NCBI RefSeq assembly: GCF_001194135.2
Contig: NC_068981.1
Location: forward strand, 176,539,882 to 176,584,212
Source of the DNA: Octopus bimaculoides
Lineage: Eukaryota
Reading direction: 5' to 3'
DNA: 44,331 bases
In this document: one piece after another, positions 37,288 through 44,331 of the stretch
Layout of the letters: each line of letters opens with the position of its first letter
How positions within the stretch are numbered: the first letter of the stretch is position 1
The notes under the pieces: generated by a model
Told to the model about the DNA's origin: nothing
The model's input: only the letters and a program-made list of their open reading frames with translations
The model's database searches: none
Position numbers and translations under genes: made by a program

Positions 37288-37296
<9 letters not shown>
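36729..37296 (+). mobile_element. Penelope-like element terminus with partial-tandem direct repeat (period 502 bp), in (TA)n
   Basis: ACATCTGTTTGTTGTCTACACCACCTGT..GAATTCTCCC at 36729 and 37231; hammerhead-like motif inside; second copy at 11461. Confidence 0.7.
37165..37200 (+). ncRNA. Minimal type I hammerhead-like motif, variant core, with G12 mutated to A
   Basis: CUUU CUGUGGAA GAGC-UUAG-GCUC AAAA CGUU AAAG. Confidence 0.5.
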
Positions 37297-37323
<27 letters not shown>

Positions 37324-37835
37324 NNNNNNNNNNNNNNNNNNNNNNNNNNNNNNNNNNNNNNNNNNNNNNNNNNNNNNNNNNNNNNNNNNNNNNNNNNNNN
37401 NNNNNNNNNNNNNNNNNNNNNNNNNNNNNNNNNNNNNNNNNTAAACCACAGTTTACTCACTACAAAAATACAAACAGTTAATGCGATAAACATAACAGAG
37501 ACAGGCTTACTTTACATGCAATATGTAAGTAGGGACGTGTATATTCCAGGATCTAAAGATTTCACTTCATGTATTTAAAAAAATACTTAAGCTCATCAAC
37601 TGGACCCAACACATAAGATATTTCTGTAATAGTCATCACATTACACCATGTGGGCTCTTACATTTGAATGCCCCGTGTCATTCAAAACAGCAGACATAAT
37701 GTGAGTTATTAATAAATTCAAATTAAATAAGTATCACTAGTGTTATTTAAATATTCATAGCAAGTGGTATTTCAATGCCCTTCTGTGATATCATACAGCC
37801 ACGCCTATACATACATACATAGATACATCGGAGGA

Positions 37836-37912
37836 GGAGACCCCCTTCGGTCATGAATGACCATAGGATTGCACCTAGAAAGTTACCCTCCGAGGCACAA
37901 GTCCGAGGCAAG
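37836..37912 (-). mobile_element. SINE-C 3' tail fragment
   Basis: GAGACCCCCTTCGGTCA..GGATTGCACCTAGAAAGTTACC as at 25844. Confidence 0.8.
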
Positions 37913-37939
37913 ACAAATGAAAAAATAGTAAACAAAAAA

Positions 37940-38200
37940 AACGATTAACCTACGTACCATAGTTTCACCTGTTAAAATTTACATAAGTAAATATCTGCAG
38001 GATCATCAGCGTAATCTGTCGATTTATATAATATTATTTCCAGAACTAGACACAAGACGTCCACCGGAAAGAGAGCACGTGTAGAGTTCTACAAATTACA
38101 TTCAGTGCATTCCTTCAAATGTCTTCAATCTGGCGCGCTAAGTCCAGATTTGGACGGGTTCTGAGTTGACTGAGTTGTAGAGTGGTGGTTCGTCTCTAAA
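37940..38200 (-). promoter_or_regulatory. CpG-rich island, candidate promoter/first exon with ATG|GTACGT donor
   Basis: About a dozen CpGs in an otherwise depleted background; CACGTG and GACGTC motifs; minus-strand ATG 37960-37958 directly followed by GTACGT. Confidence 0.3.
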
Positions 38201-38394
38201 TTAGTTTATATATATATATATATACATACACACACGTTTCTGCCCAACTTCTGTCTACCAAATTCACTCACAAGTTATTGATCATCTTTAGCCTATAGTA
38301 GAAGACATTTGCTCAAGGTCTGCATAGTGAAACTGAATCCAAAATGGTGTTGTTTTGGATTCAGCTTCACCACACAGCCATAATACGTGTGCAT

Positions 38395-38745
38395 CATTAT
38401 CATTGTCACCATCATTTAACATCCGTTGTCCATACTGGTATGGGCTGGTAAGTTGAGGGGCTACACCAGACTCCAGTCTGATTTGGCATGGTTTCTATGG
38501 TTGGATGCCCTTCCTAATGCCAACCAATCTTAGAGTGTAATGGGTGCTTTTTATGTACCACTGGCATAAGTGACAGTTACACAACACCGGCATCGGCCAC
38601 GTTGCCTCCCTGAGTCCCAACGCTCGACAGGTGTTTTTTAAAATGTCACCAGCACAGGTACCAATTGCCTCCATGAGGCTTAATACTCGAAAGGTGATTT
38701 TTACATAACACCTGTATCGGTGGCAATTATGTGAGACTGGCATCA
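38395..38745 (-). mobile_element. Family R element, diverged
   Basis: GGATGCCCTTCCTAATGCCAACC and GGGTGCTTTTTATGT match reverse complement of 245-300. Confidence 0.7.
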
Positions 38746-40300
38746 GCCACTCTGCCTATATATGTGTGTGTGTTACCCTAAAAACCAATATTTATTATTT
38801 TCATCACCATCACCACCACTACATCTATGTACTATGTCTTAACACTGCCGCTACAGTACCAACTCCTGCTCTTGCCATCCCCACTACGGCATGTACCACC
38901 ATAACCCCCACTCCTTCATTTCATACATACACAACTAGCTCTACAACAACTTTCAACTACAAAGCCAACATTTCAGGAGCTCTGCTATAAACTGATGACC
39001 ATTCCATGTTTTGCCATTCTGTCCATTTAGTCCTGATGGTATCACTTTACCAAAGACACATAAATATCAATAACATCATTCAGTTTGAAATTATTGATTT
39101 GATCTGTAGATGCTTTAACATGTGAGTGGTAGCTTTCTGTTAGGGTGATAGTAGTGGTGGTAGTAGAGGTTGTGGTTGGAAGTGGTGGTGATTGTATTGA
39201 TGGTGGTGGTGGTGGGTGATAATGGTGGTAGTGATGGTGATGGCAATGGTAGTTGAAGTGACTGTAGTGGTGGTGGTGGGTGATAATGGTGTGGTGGTGG
39301 TGATTGCAATGGCAGCAGCAGTGGCTATGATGATAATGGTGGTGGTGGTGGTGGTGGTATGGTTGGTGTTCTATTTTTTTAACGAGCATATTTTAACAGA
39401 AGTTTGAAATCGTATGTAGATTTATCAGTTAGAGAGATAGTCAGACAGATAGACCATTCCTCAGACTCTCAGAGAGAGACAGCCGCTTGCTGTGTGAGTG
39501 TATCTGTGAATGCCCTCCCTAATGGTTTCAATCTTGTATACAACTTTCTCCTCACTTCAGTTGCTTTTTTTTTTTTTTTTTTTTNNNNNNNNNNAGATCT
39601 TGTTAGATGTGAAATATTGAATAAATTCATTTTTCTATAATTTCATTTTTCTCCAATCTCACATTGTTGAATAAGTTTTTTTCTTTACATTTTTTTTTTT
39701 ACTAAGAAACTACTGTCTTCTAAAAACAGTAAAGAAATCCATTAAATAACAATATGTAACAATTTCATTTTCTATCTTTTCTTCAAGGAACAGTTTTTAT
39801 TTGAGTTACTATTCTTGTTCTGGAATCATCATTCTTTTTCCCCAGTTTCCCATAATATTTCTGAAACACAATTCTCTTCCTTCAGCTTGCATCCAAACCT
39901 CAAGTGGCTATTTCTCTATTGTAGAATACCCAATATACCCAGAGTATTTCAACTAAGAAATAAGGTGATGAGAAAGTAAAATGCTTCTTCCATCATGTCA
40001 TAAAGCTAAGCTGTAGATGCCAATAACAGACATTTGGTTTAATCTACAGATGTTCTTTCATGATTTATCATAATATTTTAATTTTATATACTCAGCAATG
40101 TCAGAAGCAGCAAGTGGCTGATTTTAGTCGCCTTAGAAACATTCTTGAATACATGTATACAAAGACAAAACAAAAAAACCCTTTGTGTGTTTCCTTCCGC
40201 CCAGCTTTTGTTGAAGTAAAATTCCTGTCAGTATTCCACCGAGGCCTTATGTACACAGATTCTGTTCGTTGTGTCTAATCTCCTTAAGGGACTAGCTTAC

Positions 40301-40378
40301 GTCACTGTACATTGTAGATAAGTATCTAGGAAAAAAACAGACAGCGTCGCTCGGTCTGTCTGTTGATCGATACAACAT
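40301..40378 (-). other. Candidate 78-nt exon
   Basis: Minus strand TTTTTGTTGTTGCAG| ... ACAATGTACAGTGAC|GTAAGC; frame MLYRSTDRPSDAVCFFPRYLSTMYSD is open; no homology recognised. Confidence 0.3.
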
Positions 40379-41280
40379 CTGCAACAACAAAAACAATTCC
40401 ACATTCTGACAAGAAGAGTAATATTCTGAAAACAACGAAGTAATGAATTAAATAATAAAGAAGAAAAATATGGACATTTTTTCCTTCTCTTTATATATAT
40501 ATATATATATATTTCAGTTTCAGGAGAACTACTCTGAGATAATTTATACTTTTCAATCGGTCTATATAATAACTTTGGAAATATAACATCCAATATAGAC
40601 ATGAAAATTGTAAATGTTGTAAGCTGGAACAAAAATATCAATATATTTAATTCAATGACTTTCATTTAATATAAAGTTGTTAGTGGTAAATTCCTAAATA
40701 AACTTTCCAGAAATTACATTTTCATATGAAAATAAAAATTAGACATCAAACTCTATTGATTTCGGTTTACAGTCAAAATTTTAGATACAGTCAATTTACA
40801 ATTGAGTAATTTCTGTCACATGTATGGAGGAGCTGAAGTGCTATAATAACTCCAAGTACTATGTAATGCTTCTAACATGTTATGGCTTGTTGAAGCTCAA
40901 AATTGGAATTGGTTTGTTTTGTTTTTTTTTATTTATTTATTTCCATTTTGCAGTAATTCCGATTGTTCACAGCAATCCTGCAAGTGGTTTTGGTTTGCTT
41001 CAGTTGTTAAAATGGAAGAAAAAAAAGAAAAAAAGTTCTAAAAATAACATGAAAAATACAAAAGAGAAACCAAATTTATCACCCAGTTATTTTTATTGTT
41101 GTTGTTGTTGTTGTTGATGACGACTACCTAAGCACAAGGCATGCAATTTTAAAGGGAAGGTAGTTAGTTAGTCAATACTAACGACCCTGGTACTTGACTG
41201 GTACTCTATTTTGAAGCTTTGCTGTTTGACTTTGAAAGATAGAAGCAAAATATTGTAAATTGTGATGAAATACTAGACAG

Positions 41281-41655
41281 AAGGCACAGGAGTGGCTGTG
41301 TGGTAAGTAGCTTGCTTACCAATCACATGGTTCCGGGTTCATTCCCACTGCGTGGCACCTTGGGCAAGTGACTTCTACTATAGCCTTGGGCTGACCAAAG
41401 CCTTGTGAGTGGATTTGGTAGATGGAAACTGAAGGAAGCCAACCGTATATATGTTTGTGTCTGTGTTTGTCCCCCCAACATTGCTTGACAACCGATGGTG
41501 GTGTGTTTACGTCCCCGTAACTTAGTGGTTCAGCAAAAAGCGACCGATAGAATAAGTACTAGGCTTCCAAAGAATAAGTCTTGGGGTCGATTTGCTTAAC
41601 TAAAGGCGGTGCTCCAGCATGGCTGCGGTCAAATGACTGAAAAAAGTAAAAGAGA
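41281..41655 (+). mobile_element. SINE-A, full length, internal microsatellite almost absent
   Basis: CGTATATATGTTTGTGTCTGTG joins the two halves. Confidence 0.9.
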
Positions 41656-41884
41656 AGGAAAAAAAAACGTATGCTTGAATAAAATGATTGTGATATTATC
41701 AGTAATGAAGATAAAAAGTGGCAATGTTAGTAGTGAGAATTGTAGGGGAAGGTTAGAAATAGGAATGATTACAATTCTTTTAGAGCCAGATTAAACTTTA
41801 AGCAAAATAAGCACATGCTTAGGGCACTAAGAGAAAGAGGAATCACAGAAATGGTAAATGGTTTACGGCACAAAAGAAATCACT

Positions 41885-42210
41885 TTAACCCTTTAGAATT
41901 TAAACTGGACATTCAAACCAACCATGCCTGGCTCCTCACATCAACCCAATGTCATTCTACAGGGTGTCCACAAAGTCTGGCTACCTTGAGTAAATAAAAT
42001 CATAACATAAACAATTAAATATAAGAAATAATAATTTCTTAAAGTATGTGTTAATCCCCATGTACCCAGACTTTGTGGACACCCTGTAGAAATAAACAGT
42101 CATATCATTAGAGTCTCAAAATTGGGAGAGAATGCATGACTTATTGAAATCAATGTGAATAAATAAGCATTACATTTGATAATAGAGTAATCTGAATGTT
42201 GAAGGGTTAC
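41885..42210. mobile_element. piggyBac-like MITE hosting a nested mariner-like MITE
   Basis: TTAA CCCTTTAG ... GAAGGG TTAC; body homologous to 6297 and 13999 once 41960-42088 is removed. Confidence 0.8.
41960..42086. mobile_element. Tc1/mariner-like MITE, 127 bp, perfect 21-bp TIRs, TA duplication
   Basis: TA|CAGGGTGTCCACAAAGTCTGG ... CCAGACTTTGTGGACACCCTG|TA. Confidence 0.92.
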
Positions 42211-42257
42211 ACATGCTAAAATAAAGATTATTGAGTGTGCCTTTGCAAATGTAGCAT

Positions 42258-42572
42258 CATGGGATTGCACCTAGAAAGTTACCCACTGAGGCACAAATCC
42301 AGGCAAGGTTGTTTGTAGAAGACAGCAGTTGCCCTTGTATACCAGCTTCCCTTCTCTCCATACCACCGATGTTATCCAAGAGAAAAACAAAGACCTATAT
42401 AGCTTGGCACCAATAACATCGCAACTCATTTCTACAGCTAAGTGAACTGGAACAACATGAAATAAAGTGTCTTGCTCAAGAGCACAACATACAGCCCAGT
42501 CCAAGAATCGAACTCACTACCTCACAATTGTGAGCCTGATGCTCTAACTACTGAGCTATACACTGCCTTTCA
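42258..42572 (-). mobile_element. SINE-C, near full length
   Basis: Colinear with 25870-26163. Confidence 0.85.
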
Positions 42573-42589
42573 TACATCTTTAACATGCT

Positions 42590-42730
42590 TACAGGTATTT
42601 CGTCTGTCTACGTTCTGAGTTCAAATTCCGCCAAGGTCGACTTTGCCTTTCATCCTTCCGGGGTCAATAAATTAAGTACAGTTACGCACTGGGGTCGATG
42701 TAATTGACTTAATCCCTTTGTCTGTCCTTT
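42590..42730 (+). mobile_element. SINE-B partial
   Basis: GAGTTCAAATTCCGCCAAGGTCGACTTTGCCTTTCATCC. Confidence 0.8.
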
Positions 42731-43924
42731 CATACAGCAATGAACTTCTGCTCAGCAAGCATTCTTCTATGCCTGGAATGAGGACCAAATGATTTAAGAA
42801 TTCAATCATCAAACAGATTACCCCCAAAATAAAGAAGGAAATGACCTCACTTGAAATGTCACTCATTCGGTTCAGTACAATATATCAGATATGTTAGACA
42901 TCTATCCACATTGATCAATGACTCATTCAACACTGATCTGGTATAACATAGTGGACTCGATTGTGAACTGTGTCACACTTATTACAAATTGATCTGTGAT
43001 AATCTATGTCTGCAATCAGTGAAAGATTCTGCTCGAACAGCAAAAGCTCTCCCCAGTAACCATCCAACAATGTTCAGAACAACTAGAAGTCTCAGAACAA
43101 AGCCTCTTTTTCCTGTATATTCTGTTATTCACTTACCACTGATTTATTTACAGTGATGTTTCTTGAGGGTTTTTTTTTTTTTTTTTTTTAATGAAACACC
43201 TATGATAAATGAGTCCTTGTCTTGTGGCTGATTTCAAACCCATTCAACTGGCTGCTCTAGGTTATAAGTCTTCTTATTTAGGATTTGCCATTCCTACTCA
43301 ACTACATTAACAACACACTGTCACTGTTACTATTGCCAATTTGTCAATGTAATCATTATAACCACTACAATTCACACTACCGTCACAGCTATCACTATCA
43401 CCACCACCACCACCACCACCACCACCACCACCATCACCCCTCTTCATCTATTCCATCAACTATTGTCATCAATGCTACACTATCCATTTCTTCTTATTGC
43501 CATGCGTTTATTATCGGAATAAATTTTCTGCTCAATTAGATTCCTGTTAAAATATTGTCTTATTTCAAAGAACAAGTTTCTTTTCTTCTAAATTTAGATA
43601 AAAAGCAAATATCCTTCATTTTAACAAAATATTTGAAAAGCTATAAGCATGCAGAATCATGACATATTTTCGTGGGTGTAGTATTTTTTTTTCTGCTGTT
43701 GTTATTTAGTTTTGTTTTATTTTTTTTTCTCTCTTGGAACAACTCTTAATAAATTCTGCTTCTAATGAATTATGAAACAGTTGCTATATCACCATTGTAA
43801 GTAATTCTCAGAAAGATATTGGGCATATACATTTATAAATAATGTAGACATCCACCTAGATCACTGTGGTCATCCAGTTAATTTATTGTGGACATTCATG
43901 CAAAACTATTTTAGATATTCAGCT

Positions 43925-44190
43925 TTAGCCCTTTAGCATTCAAACCGGCCATATTCTACTTGTTTTATGCTCAAACTGACCACAACCACCACCATTGTGT
44001 CCTTGAGCAAGACACTTCATTTCACTTGCTCTACTCCACTCAGTTGGTAAAAATGAGTAGTACCTGTATTCCGAAGGGCCAGCCTTGTCACACTCTGAGT
44101 CATGACGAACTAGGGTCGATTTGCTCGACTAGAGGCAGTGCTCCAGCATGGCCACAGTCAAATGACTGAAACAAGTAAAAGAGTAAAGGT
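43925..44190 (+). mobile_element. Patchwork: piggyBac-like MITE left end, CORE-like SINE fragment, SINE-A tail
   Basis: CCCTTTAGCATTCAAACCGGCC; GTCCTTGAGCAAGACAC; GCTCCAGCATGGCCACAGTCAAATGACTGAAACAAGTAAAAGAG. Confidence 0.7.
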
Positions 44191-44331
44191 ACTAACAGGC
44201 AGTACCAGAATGCTAAAATAGCAGTCAAAACGACCAAACCACAAGTTTTCACTTAAACGCAAAGGTAAAGGCGGGCAAATGAACAAAAACACCTAAAGTC
44301 AGATATATATACATACATATATATGTGTATA

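Noticed and set aside
42860-43030. Minus-strand open frame of about 48 codons (LDGYWGELLLFEQ..CNKCD)
   Set aside because: No splice signals or recognisable family; length is within chance expectation.

Overview
AT-rich, microsatellite-dense eukaryotic DNA from a scaffold-level assembly with eight N-gaps, most of the large ones flanked by (TA)n. The SINE repertoire looks to me like octopus/coleoid cephalopod; this is recognition from memory, not a database result. I found no convincing intact protein-coding gene, rRNA, functional tRNA or CRISPR array. Almost all supplied ORFs are translations of microsatellites, SINEs or N-runs. The window is mostly mobile DNA: about 20 copies or fragments of a tRNA-head SINE with an internal microsatellite (SINE-A), further SINE families (B, C), RTE-tailed non-autonomous elements, a decayed RTE LINE, a decayed hAT transposase, piggyBac-like and Tc1/mariner-like MITEs (one nested in another), a Penelope-like terminus carrying a variant minimal hammerhead ribozyme, and remnants of at least four R4/Dong-like (restriction-like endonuclease) retrotransposon families that sit in either (TAA)n or (CA)/(CATA)n tracts. 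The least explained features are: (1) a 331-bp foldback element with 142-bp arms built around a tRNA-like Pol III head (17514-17844); (2) the hammerhead variant; (3) the partitioning of R4-like families between microsatellite types; (4) a 91-nt hairpin; and (5) two CpG-rich minus-strand candidate 5' exons. None is demonstrated to be a new biological system. Family labels A-D, R and S are mine, and repeat boundaries are read by eye (roughly +/-10-20 bp unless stated exactly).
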